64,000 nucleotides of DNA from an uncultured delta proteobacterium (GTDB lineage: Bacteria; Myxococcota_A; UBA9160; UBA4427), in contig CAWGJT010000006.1 of NCBI GenBank assembly GCA_963822965.1, forward strand, positions 224,001-288,000. The letters run 5' to 3'. Below the pieces are notes generated by a model. That model did not search any database. It was given only the letters and a program-made list of their open reading frames with translations, and was not told the DNA's origin. Below are positions 10,075-19,045 of this stretch, piece after piece (the first letter of the stretch is position 1; every line of letters begins with the position of its first letter). Made by a program: the position numbers and the translations under genes.

Positions 10075-10881
10075 CTAGTGGTTGGCGGCGAGATCGGGGA
10101 CGTGCGACGGCTCGATGCCCCGGCGGACGGAGTACTCGGCGTGCTGGCCGAATACCTTCAAGGGCACCCAGCTCGGCAGCTCGGACATGTGCGGCATGCC
10201 CGTCGTCATGGCGCCGGTGGGATCGATCACCCAGGGATCGTCCGGATTCTCGAACCAGAAGGTCACCATGTGGTGCTGGCCGTCGGAGGGCCGATACACG
10301 ATGGCTCGGAAGACCTCGTCGTCCCGGAAGCCGAGCTCCCGCAGCCCCTGGAACGCGAGCAGCTCGAGGCCGTCGCAGTCGTCCCCGTCGGCACGCAGGG
10401 TCTCTTCCAGGGTCGCCCAGTGATCGATCGGGCCGTCGGGCACGTAGTGCTCCTTCGCCTCGGCCTGCACCCAGGCGGCGAAATCCCGTGCAATGGCCCG
10501 CTTGTGGTCTCCGAGGAACGCGGCGTACTTGCTTCGCAGGCTCGCCCCGTCGGACTCCCGGGCGCGTTCCGGAAGCGGGCTGCCCGCCAGACCTCGGCCC
10601 GCCTCGGGGCGGGCTCCGTCGGCGCGCGCTTCGGCGGCTCGTGCATCGGCGCCCGGCTCGGCGACCGGCGGCAGGGCGGACCACAGCTCGACGGGCTCCG
10701 CGAGCTCGCGCCGCTGCCAGCCGGCGATCTTGGGACTCCACGCATCGGTCGGGGACGGCGGCTGGAAGTAGTCGAAGTGGCTGGCCGGGGTGAGCACCAG
10801 GCCCGCGCAGCCCAGTCCCAGGGAGAGGCCCAGGACGAGGAGCCCGAGCAGGGGGGACGAGGTGCCGAGCGCTCCACGCAT
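10075..10881 (-). CDS. Transglutaminase-like cysteine peptidase (BTLCP/LapG-like), probable lipoprotein
   Basis: DHWATLEETL..DGDDCDG, HHMVT, WVIDPT (Cys-His-Asp triad); hydrophobic signal ending LGLGC. Confidence 0.7.
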   Translation of the reverse strand: MRGALGTSSPLLGLLVLGLSLGLGCAGLVLTPASHFDYFQPPSPTDAWSPKIAGWQRRELAEPVELWSALPPVAEPGADARAAEARADGARPEAGRGLAGSPLPERARESDGASLRSKYAAFLGDHKRAIARDFAAWVQAEAKEHYVPDGPIDHWATLEETLRADGDDCDGLELLAFQGLRELGFRDDEVFRAIVYRPSDGQHHMVTFWFENPDDPWVIDPTGAMTTGMPHMSELPSWVPLKVFGQHAEYSVRRGIEPSHVPDLAANH

Positions 10882-11101
10882 TACCGGCGTGATCGGCATG
10901 GACGGGCCAGAAGTTGAGCGATTCCAGCAAGTTCCGGCTAGACAACGGCAGCGTGTCGGGGCGGGCGGCGGGTCGCCGCGCGGGCGTTGCCGAGCAGGAC
11001 CGGGGCGATCGCGCCGATTCTGCACACCCGTGAGCCGGCAGCGCGGACGGACCGGAAGCGAGGAGGGGTCGGCGCCGGATGTCCGGCAGCGCGAGGAGGC
11101 C

Positions 11102-11260
11102 TCAGGCGGGAATCATCACGTTCATCTGATCGCAGGCCCCCGTCAGGAGGAAGAGGATCAGGAAGAACGCGATCAGGGCCGGGATGCCGCCGAGCACGTA
11201 CAGGTAGGAGCCGAGATCGTCGTTCCGCTCGTTCTCGTCCTGCTTGCGCTCTTCGGGCAT
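11102..11260 (-). CDS. Small single-pass membrane protein (52 aa), not in ORF track
   Basis: AGGAG RBS 7 nt before ATG; MPEERKQDENERNDDLGSYLYVLGGIPALIAFFLILFLLTGACDQMNVMIPA. Confidence 0.65.
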   Translation of the reverse strand: MPEERKQDENERNDDLGSYLYVLGGIPALIAFFLILFLLTGACDQMNVMIPA

Positions 11261-11461
11261 GGAAGGGCTCCTTCTGGCTCTCTCTTGGCTCTCTAACCTG
11301 GCTACCCGGCTACCTGGCTCCGTTTGGCTCTACCTGACCACCAGGCTCTCGTGGGGGCTTCCGGACCGCCCCCCGAGGTGCGGCGAAGTTAGCGACCCCC
11401 TCGCGCCCTGCACCCCCCAGCAACGATTTGTGGCGGCGGACCCCGGCTCGGGCCTCCCCGT

Positions 11462-12100
11462 CTACGGGGCGGCCGAGGCCTCCCGCCACTCCGGCGGCAC
11501 CGCCGCGAGGTCGGCTTGCACGTCCAGGGCTCGCAGGCGGCGTTCTGCCCCGTCGATGGCCTCCCGCTCGCTGCGGATCTCCTCGCGCAGCCGGATGCTG
11601 AGGGGCGACGTCTGGGGATCGCTGGACCCGGGTGCGGAGACCTGCCAGGCCGAGGACGTACCGGAGGTCTTCTCGAGCTCCGCCTCGGCCTTCGCCAGGC
11701 GCTTGCGCGCCTCCGCCAGGTCCGTCCGGGCGCTCTCGAAGCGCGCGCGCCACTCGCTGACCGTGGCGCCGCCGCGCCGATCGACGTCCGACTCGAAGCT
11801 GTGGGGCAGCCGCAGCAGACGATCGAGGTCCACGTCCGGCGCGGGCTCGTCGGACCTGGGCGGAGGCGCGTCCTGCGTCTCCTGAACGCGGCCGGAACCC
11901 GTCTCCTGAGCGCGGCCGGAGCTGGCTCCGGGCGCGGCGGGCTCGCCCGCGGCCGGCCGCGGGGGGGCATCCGCGGCGGATCGCGGGGGCTCGTCGGCCG
12001 CCGAAGCCCCCGTGGCGAGCAGCAGCAGCAACAGCGCGGCCGGGACGGCGATGCCGCCCGCGGCCGACCACCCACCGCATCTTCCCTGTCGTGATCGCAT
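11462..12100 (-). CDS. Hypothetical exported coiled-coil protein
   Basis: Signal-like ALLLLLLATGASA, Pro/Ala linker, long helical coiled-coil, C-terminal VPPEWR; start uncertain. Confidence 0.6.
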   Translation of the reverse strand: MRSRQGRCGGWSAAGGIAVPAALLLLLLATGASAADEPPRSAADAPPRPAAGEPAAPGASSGRAQETGSGRVQETQDAPPPRSDEPAPDVDLDRLLRLPHSFESDVDRRGGATVSEWRARFESARTDLAEARKRLAKAEAELEKTSGTSSAWQVSAPGSSDPQTSPLSIRLREEIRSEREAIDGAERRLRALDVQADLAAVPPEWREASAAP

Positions 12101-12333
12101 GATGGCTTGGGGGCTCTTTCGACGCGCTCGACGCGCTCGAGGCGCTCGACGCGTTTTGGACCCGGGCACACGCCCGCCGGGGCTCACGCACAACTGTAGC
12201 GGAGCGGGTCGCATCCGGTGGAAACCCGGCGAATTGCCGGCTCTCCGGTCAAGACCCGCTGCCGGCTGCCGATACGCCAGGCGTGACTTCCGCACGGCGG
12301 AAGCTCACTCGTTTGCGCGGAGGGTTGAGGGCG

Positions 12334-13483
12334 ATGGACCGCGAGAAGCTTCACCGCCTGCTGCGACTGGGCCTGGAGAAGGGAGCGTCGGACATCCACT
12401 TCCAGGTGGGTTATCTGCCGCTGTACCGGTTCCACGGCGAGCTGGTGGAGCTCCGCTACAAGGTCCTCACGCCGAAGGACACCGAGGAGATCGCCAAGCA
12501 CCTGCTGGAGCAGGACGAGACCTCGACAGAATCTGGACTTCAACGAGCGCGACCTCGCCTTCGAGCTGCCCGGCGAGGGCCGCTTCCGGGTCAACATCTC
12601 GCGCCAGCGGCGCTTCTTCAACATCGTCCTGCGCGTCATCCCGCTGCAGATCAAGGCCTTCGAGGATCTCAACCTGCCCGGCGTCCTCGGCGACATCGCC
12701 CAGCTTCGCCGGGGCTACGTGCTCGTCACCGGCGCCACCGGCATGGGCAAGTCCACCACCCTCGCGACGATGATCAACGAGGTCAACCGCAGCCGGAAGG
12801 CGAAGATCGTGACCGTCGAGGATCCGATCGAGTTCGTCTTCACCCACGACAAGAGCATCATCACCCAGCGCGAGATCGGCACCGACACCGCGTCCTTCCC
12901 GGACGCGCTGCGCGCCGCCCTGCGCCAGGATCCGGACGTCATCATGGTCGGCGAGATGCGCGACCTCGAGACCGTCGACACCTCGCTCAAGGCGGCCGAG
13001 ACCGGCCACCTGGTCTTCTCGACGATCCACACCGAGCGACGTCGCCTCGACGATCAACCGCCTCGTCTCCTTCTTCCCGGTCGAGGAGCAGCTCCAGGTG
13101 CGGGCCCGGCTGGCGGACAACCTCAAGGCGATCGTGTCGCTGCGCCTGCTGGTGAACAAGAAGCAGAACGGGCGCGTACCGGCGGTCGAGATCATGCGCA
13201 GCACGCGCATGATCCAGGAATGCATCAAGGATCCCGCCAAGACCCACGAGATGACCGACTATCATCGCAGCGCGGCCGGGGCGACGGCATGCAGACCTTC
13301 GACCAGCACCTGCTCGACCTGCTTCGCGCGAACAAGATGTCGGTCGAGACCGCCATGAACGCGGCGTCGAACCCGACGGATTTCAAGACCAAGCTGGAGA
13401 TGGAAGGCGGGATTCCGGAAGGCGACGAAGAAGCCGAGAAGCCCGACGCACCCTTCCAGATCGAGCCCGACGGCCGCTTCTAG
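12334..13483 (+). CDS. pilT: Type IV pilus retraction ATPase PilT/PilU family (frameshifted ~12525, ~13035, ~13265)
   Basis: GASDIHF, GRFRVN, Walker A GATGMGKSTT, TVEDPIE, ALRQDPDVIMVGEMRD, AAETGHLVFSTIHT, GMQTFDQ pieced from alternating frames. Confidence 0.88.
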
Positions 13484-13524
13484 CAGAGCGATCGCCCCTG
13501 GCGTACGGAGACCGGAAGCGAGAC

Positions 13525-14797
13525 ATGGCGCAACCGGCGAGAATGCAGCATCTGACCGCGGCCCTGCGGGCAACGGCGTCGCGAGCGGCGGCGACGACCG
13601 GCGGGTATGCCTTGCTCTTCGCGAGCGCGCCGGGGGGCGCGGCGCCAGGCGTATCGGCACGACTGCGCGCGGCCGCGGGATTCGGCTCTCCCGACGAGGC
13701 GCGCAAGGCCTCCGAGGCGCTGCTCCCGGGCGTCCGCGAGGCGATCTCCAACCGACAGGTCAAGCAGCTCGGCGAGGTCCCGGCCCTGGGCGAACGGGCC
13801 GCGGGCGGCGCCAGCGTGATGCCCCTCGTCTTCGAGGACAACGTCCACGGCGCCCTGGTGGTCGCCGGTCCCGTCGCCTGCGACGAGGCCATGCAGCTGG
13901 CGCTGGCCCAGCTCGCCAGCTCCGCGGCGGTCCACCTGGACCACCTGGTGGTGGCCGAAGAGATCGAGCGCCTGCGCAGCTCCACGAATCAGATCCAGAC
14001 GCTCGCCGAGGAGAAGAGCGACGAGCTCCTGAAGCTCTCCGAGGAGCTCTTCGCCCAGGACATCGAGCTGCTCCGCACCAACGAGAAGCTCGGCAAGATC
14101 GAGAAGCTGAAGAACGACTTCATCGAGAAGATGTCCCGCGAGCTGCGGACGCCGCTGAACAGCATCATCGAGTCCATCATCTCGGTGCTCGCCGGCGAGA
14201 ACGACGCGCTCTCGGATGGCGCCAAGGCCAGCCTTGCGCACGGCCCTCGACGAGGGAACCGCCTTCCTGCGCACGCTCCAGAACATCCTCGACCTGTGGC
14301 GCATCAAGCAGGGCGAGCTGCCCGTGGAGATGCAGGAGGTGAACTTCCCCGAGGTGGTCGACGAGACGATCTTCAGCGTCCAGGACGATGCTCGACGCCA
14401 AGGCGATGCAGATCGAGAAGCGCTTCGACGAGCCGTTGCCGAAGGTGGGGACGGACCTGGCCAAGGTCGAACCAGATCCTCTTCCTGCTGCTGGACAACG
14501 CCGCGAAGTTCACCGAGGAGGGCAAGATCACGATCACGGCGCGGGTCCGAGAAGGACACGCCTGCACTGCTCGATCGCCGACACGGGCATCGGGATCTGC
14601 CCGGACGACCAGCAGATCGATCTTCGACGAGTTCTTCCAGGTGGACGAGCTGTCGTCGCCACCGCTACCGCGGCGCCGGACTGGGGCTCACCCTGGTCCG
14701 CGACCTGCTCGTGCTGCTGGAGGGCGAGGTGCTGCTCACCAGCGAGCCCGGCCGCGGCACCACCGTCTCGTTCAGCATCCCCGTCCAGCCCGCCTAG
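13525..14797 (+). CDS. GAF-like/coiled-coil sensor histidine kinase, multiply frameshifted; H-box His replaced by Arg
   Basis: MSRELRTPLNSI, LLDNAAKFT, DTGIGI, FDEFFQVD, GAGLGL, GRGTTVSF across several frames. Confidence 0.78.
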
Positions 14798-14816
14798 GGC
14801 GCTTCGCTCCGGCGGA

Positions 14817-15077
14817 TCAGGGGGTCGGCGTGCCGCCCTCGGACGTGGCCGGACGGGCCGCGTCCTCGATGTGGGCGTCGATGTCTTCCGGGTAGTCGGG
14901 CAGGATGCGTCCGGCCGCGATCTCGCGCAGCGCGATCACCACGTCCTTGTTGTCCTCGGCGCTCACCAGGGCGGTGGCCCCCTTCTTGAGCTGCTTGGCG
15001 CGGATGGCGGCCATCTGCACCAGGTGGAAGCGGTTCGGAACCTTCTCGGTGCAGTCTTCGATGGTGATACGGGCCAT
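14817..15077 (-). CDS. rpoZ: RNA polymerase omega subunit
   Basis: [52 protein letters not shown]. Confidence 0.95.
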   Translation of the reverse strand: MARITIEDCTEKVPNRFHLVQMAAIRAKQLKKGATALVSAEDNKDVVIALREIAAGRILPDYPEDIDAHIEDAARPATSEGGTPTP

Positions 15078-15272
15078 GGATCTCCTTCCTTCCTCGCCGC
15101 CTGGCTCTTTCCGGGTCTTCCGGGTCCCACGCCGTCCGCACCGCGCGGATGAGGCAGGAGTCGATCCGGTACGAGAGGACGGCTTGGAGGTTCCCGCAGG
15201 GCGGGCCACGCGCAGCTTAGGCCAGCCCCCTCCCCCGCCGCCAGCCGTCCTCCCCGGCAGCCCTGCCCCGCC

Positions 15273-16292
15273 TCAGGAATAGCTGACGCTGCCCCCGGCT
15301 TCCCGGGAGCGGAGCGCCATGAAGAGCGGCAGGCGGTACAGCACGGGGCCCAGGGGAAGCCCCAGCTCCGCGGCCACCTCCTGCATGGTCTCCGGGCACA
15401 TGTAGTACGCCCGGACCCGGGCCACCCGACCCTCCAGCTCCTCGACGCGGGTGAGCGACTGGAGCTTCCGCCCGCCGAACTCGGTGGAGAAGCTCAGCAT
15501 CACCGGCTCGCCGCGCAAGACGGCCGCCTCGGCCTCCCACCGCTTCGGACGCAGCGCTTCCGGCAGGTCCGGGTGGACGTGGCAGGACTGCCAGAGCCAG
15601 CTGCCGCGCCGCTCGAACTGGTCCCGGCCGATCTCCAGCAGGCTGCCCGGCACCTCGATCGACGCCCCGTCGAGCATCAGGGCCAGCAGGCCGTCCAGAT
15701 CCGCCGCCCGCATGCACTCCACGAACCGCTCCACCAGGGCCGCAGATGGCCTGGGCCGCGGCGAGCCGATGCCGTCCTGCGCTTCCCGCAGCCGGCCCCG
15801 GCCGCGATGGAGCGCCGCCTTGACGGCCCCGACGGTCGTCGCGAGGACGTCGGCGATCTCCCGAGCCGTCATCTCGAAGACCTCCTTCATCACGAACGCG
15901 GCGCGCTCCTGGGGCGGCAGCAGCTGCAGCAGCGCGGCTCCCGCGTCCCGCGCCTCCCCCGCCCGGTGGCGGGCCCCCGCCTCCGGCGGGGGCGCGGCAC
16001 CCCGTGCCGCGCGCTCGAGCTCCCGACGCCGCAGGGCGTCGACCCACAGATGGGTCGCGATCCGCACCAGGTAGGCGCTCGGGTTCTCGATGTGCCGGTG
16101 AACGGAGCCCATGGTCGCGAAGCCACGCAGGAGCGTGTCCTGCACCAGATCCTCCGCGTCGAAGAGGTCTCCCGTCAGCTTGCGGCAGTAGCGGTGGAGA
16201 CCCGGCCGGATGGGCTCCAGCAGGCCGATGTAGCGGTACCAGGCGGCACGGGCCTGGTCGCGAAGGTCGTCGGGTAGCTCGGGCTCGCCCAT
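15273..16292 (-). CDS. ECF sigma factor with C-terminal SnoaL-like extension (ECF41/ECF56-like)
   Basis: LHRYCRKLTGDLFDAEDLVQDTL, LPPQERAAFVMKEVF, VKAALHRGR, then LVERFVECMRAADLDGLLALM. Confidence 0.85.
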   Translation of the reverse strand: MGEPELPDDLRDQARAAWYRYIGLLEPIRPGLHRYCRKLTGDLFDAEDLVQDTLLRGFATMGSVHRHIENPSAYLVRIATHLWVDALRRRELERAARGAAPPPEAGARHRAGEARDAGAALLQLLPPQERAAFVMKEVFEMTAREIADVLATTVGAVKAALHRGRGRLREAQDGIGSPRPRPSAALVERFVECMRAADLDGLLALMLDGASIEVPGSLLEIGRDQFERRGSWLWQSCHVHPDLPEALRPKRWEAEAAVLRGEPVMLSFSTEFGGRKLQSLTRVEELEGRVARVRAYYMCPETMQEVAAELGLPLGPVLYRLPLFMALRSREAGGSVSYS

Positions 16293-16405
16293 GCGGTCCT
16301 CCAAGGTTGCGCTCCACCCAGAAGACGAACGGCACCCCCAGAAGGATACGTCCAGAGCCCGCAAGCCAACCCGAGCCCCATACGGCCGCAACCAAGCCCC
16401 GACCC

Positions 16406-16449
16406 AAAAAAAGGAAACCCCGGCCGACAAGGCGTCAGCCGGGGTCCTT
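16406..16449 (-). terminator. Rho-independent terminator downstream of the histone-like gene
   Basis: Minus strand GGACCCCGGCTGAC-GCCTT-GTCGGCCGGGGTTTCC followed by T7. Confidence 0.85.
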
Positions 16450-16517
16450 CAGCCGCCGCCTCCCTGAGGCGCTCCGCAGAACGGAGCGCCCCGGGGATGG
16501 CAGCCGTCTCTCCTGGG

Positions 16518-16733
16518 CTACTTCTTCTTGCGAGCAGCCTTCTTGCGGCCCTTCTTCTTCGCGGCCTTCTTGCGAGTGGCCTTCTTCTTCCGGGCCTTCT
16601 TCTTGGCGGCCTTCTTGCGAGTGGCCTTCTTCTTGCGGCCCTTCTTCTTCGCCGCCTTCTTCTTGGTGGCCTTCTTCTTCGTGGCCTTCTTCTTGGTGGC
16701 CTTCTTCTTGCTAGCCTTCTTTCGTGCTGCCAT
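16518..16733 (-). CDS. Histone H1-like Lys/Ala-rich basic protein (71 aa)
   Basis: MAARKKASKKKATKKKATKKK...; 38 Lys + 7 Arg, no acidic residues, 5-residue repeat; GGGGGTGA RBS; own promoter and terminator. Confidence 0.82.
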   Translation of the reverse strand: MAARKKASKKKATKKKATKKKATKKKAAKKKGRKKKATRKKAAKKKARKKKATRKKAAKKKGRKKAARKKK

Positions 16734-16740
16734 TGCTTGG

Positions 16741-17030
16741 GTCACCCCCCTTTCATGAACTCTGGTGACAAGGTCCTTGGGTCCCTCGACCCGGCGAGCA
16801 GCGTTCGATCCCCTTCACCGCTTCCCCCTCCCCGCTTCCGACCGGCTAGCCGGACATCCGCTGGGAGAGGTGGAGATGTCGAGAGATCGCTCGTTACCCG
16901 CTGGTCACCTCCACTTGCGTTTCGTTGCGTTGATTGACCTTGTTCGGTCTGTCGGAGGCTGGATCCTGCAACTTGAAGCAAAAACGAACCGCTTCTCATC
17001 GCAAACCGCGGCACTAGAGCCATTGTTGCT
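16741..17030 (-). ncRNA. Candidate structured 5' leader / cis-regulatory RNA of the histone-like gene
   Basis: Nested complementary pairs 16951-16959/16834-16842 and 16906-16914/16870-16878; RBS-covering stem 16764-16769/16741-16746; several small hairpins. Confidence 0.45.
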
Positions 17031-17034
17031 GATG

Positions 17035-17064
17035 ACGCTAACACCGATTTTTCACCCTCGTCAA
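17035..17064 (-). promoter_or_regulatory. Sigma70-like promoter (TTGACG-N18-TAGCGT, extended -10 TG) with AT-rich upstream tract
   Basis: Minus strand ATTTTTTTGGGCAATTTAC TTGACG AGGGTGAAAAATCGGTGT TAGCGT. Confidence 0.65.
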
Positions 17065-17717
17065 GTAAATTGCCCAAAAAAATCAGTGTGATGGGGAATC
17101 AAACTGCGTCCCGCGAGACAGAAAGCGTGCGTAGCATGTGGGCGGGAGCGCGTGTGTCTGTGGGATCCGCCCTCGTCGAAGCACTTCGAACCGCCGCGGC
17201 GCAGCGCGTGTCGCGCGCCGCGAGGACACGCACTGCGCCGTGCTGCTCTCCGAAAATGGATTGCAGTTTCGGATGCTTACCCGCTCGTCGGAAAGGCGCG
17301 GCCGTTGCCTCGATCGCTTCGATCGGTCACGTGCCGAGGGCTCGACGGGCACCTCCGACGTCGAGCCGAACCTTCGTCGCGCGCTCGCAGAACGGCCACG
17401 GGGTTTCGACGGCCCGGCCGAGTCCGATGCGACGAGGAATCGGTCGGCGCACGGGCGGTCCGGTGTTCACGAACCGATGCGCATAGCGCGACGACGCGAC
17501 CCGCAGCCTCCCGAAGCGACGCCAACGAGGCGAGATGCGGTGGCGCCGACTCGGGCGCATGACTCTCGCGGATGCTCCACGCCCATGCTTCTCCGCGTTG
17601 GACGGCCGGTGGACGGCTCGTCGCGGGACCCGTGAGTCCCCGCGCCCCGGCCGCCCCAGCGAGGCCGCCAGTGTGCCCCAGCCACGACCCCGAGGCGGCC
17701 GCCGTCGCGGAAGAGCC

Positions 17718-17733
17718 TGGCAGGGCTCTTGCA
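17718..17733 (+). promoter_or_regulatory. Sigma54 (-24/-12) promoter
   Basis: TGGCAG-GGCTC-TTGCA with exact GG-N10-GC spacing, about 70 nt upstream of ATG 17803. Confidence 0.7.
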
Positions 17734-17802
17734 AAAGCGGCTCCTGCAAAAGCGGCTGTCACCCGGCCACGTCAGCGCCCGGCCACTTCTGGAGGATGGA
17801 TC

Positions 17803-18852
17803 ATGCTCGTTGCCACCCGTCGCATCCCGCGCGTCTGCTCATCGTTCCTTCTCGTGTTGGGCGTCGGCCTGCTCGCCGGCGCAGCCACCGCCGAGCCCCC
17901 GGCCGACGAGGCCTGCCCCACCTGGCTGCCCGACTTCAAGTGCGATCGGCAGGCCCGCTTCGACGGCTTCGTCCAGCCCATGTCCATGCCCTACCTGTTC
18001 GAAGACCCGTTCATCACGACGGGCGCGAACCTGGTGGGAATCTGGCACGGCTTTGCGGACAACAACGGATTCGAGGGCGGCTACGCGGGCGTGCTCGCCC
18101 TGCAGCTTCGCGTCGCCCTCACCGACAAGCTGGCCCTCATCGCCACCAAGGACGGCTTCATGATGTTGCGGCCGGACATCAAGCTCGGCGACATCACGGG
18201 CAACAAGGCCGACCGCCAGGCCGTGCTGCGCGACGAGAACGCCTTCATGAACATGACCCTGGGCTTCAAGTACGCAATGATCGAAGACCGGGAGAACGAC
18301 TTCATCCTCTCGCCGGCGATCCGCTACGAGATTCCGCTCGGCAACGACGAGGTCCTCCAGGGACGGGGCGACGGCGTCTTCATTCCGTCGGCGTCGTTCG
18401 CGTGGGGAGCGACGGAGCAGCTCCACCTGATCGGGAGCCTGGGCGGTCAGGTGCCCCTGGACTCCCAGAAGCAGAGCAGCTCGATCTTCTACAACATGCA
18501 CGTCCAGTACGTGCTGGCGCGGATGCTGGTGCCGTTCGTCGAGCTGAGCGGGATCCACTGGACCAACAGCGGCAACGGCAAGCTGAAGCTCGACACCTCG
18601 CGGGCGCTGGGGACCGACGTGACCCTGAGCACCGCGCAGTCCGCCCTGGGAAGCGGACCCTTCGAAGGCGCCGACGTGGCCAATCTGGGGTCCCAGGGCG
18701 TTCGCGGCGAGAACCTGCTGACCATGGCCTGGGGGCTGCGCATCCCCCTGGACGACCGCCTGGTGCTGGGCATGTCCTACGAGCGCGCCCTGCGCGGCAA
18801 GGAGAACCTGTTCGACCAGCGCGTGACGGCCATGGCCACGTTCGAGTACTAG
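17803..18852 (+). CDS. Exported hypothetical protein, probable outer-membrane beta-barrel
   Basis: GGAGG RBS; signal peptide ending AATA; alternating amphipathic strands; C-terminal aromatic (ATFEY); QPMSMPYLFEDP. Confidence 0.7.
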   Translation: MLVATRRIPRVCSSFLLVLGVGLLAGAATAEPPADEACPTWLPDFKCDRQARFDGFVQPMSMPYLFEDPFITTGANLVGIWHGFADNNGFEGGYAGVLALQLRVALTDKLALIATKDGFMMLRPDIKLGDITGNKADRQAVLRDENAFMNMTLGFKYAMIEDRENDFILSPAIRYEIPLGNDEVLQGRGDGVFIPSASFAWGATEQLHLIGSLGGQVPLDSQKQSSSIFYNMHVQYVLARMLVPFVELSGIHWTNSGNGKLKLDTSRALGTDVTLSTAQSALGSGPFEGADVANLGSQGVRGENLLTMAWGLRIPLDDRLVLGMSYERALRGKENLFDQRVTAMATFEY

Positions 18853-18901
18853 CGACGGGGCAGCAGGCTCGCGAGCGGAGCGCTCGCCCTCCGAGACGGG
18901 G

Positions 18902-18994
18902 CTAGCGCTTGTGCTTGTGTCGCTGCCGCTTCAGGAGCTTGCGCTGCTTGTGCTTGCGCATCTTCTTGCGGCGCTTCTTGATGACGCTGCCCAC
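18902..18994 (-). CDS. AURKAIP1/COX24-domain small ribosomal protein (bS22/mS38-like, 30 aa), not in ORF track
   Basis: MGSVIKKRRKKMRKHKQRKLLKRQRHKHKR; GAGAGGA RBS. Confidence 0.88.
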   Translation of the reverse strand: MGSVIKKRRKKMRKHKQRKLLKRQRHKHKR

Positions 18995-19045
18995 GGATCG
19001 TCCTCTCTAGGTCTCGTGCCGACTTCCGCTCGGAAGCGGGCCCGA

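Noticed and set aside
12500..14700. Programmed ribosomal frameshifting in pilT or the kinase
   Set aside because: Too many shifts, no slippery heptamers, and similar indels hit core genes carB and pyrC, pointing to sequencing error.
16742..17077. 111-aa ORF spanning the histone-like gene leader
   Set aside because: TTG start lies upstream of the predicted promoter, codon usage is atypical, and there is no recognisable domain; treated as non-coding leader.
17395..17420. GGTTTCGACGG resembling a tmRNA 5' end
   Set aside because: No GGGG acceptor-stem start, tag ORF or TTCGA..CCA 3' end found.
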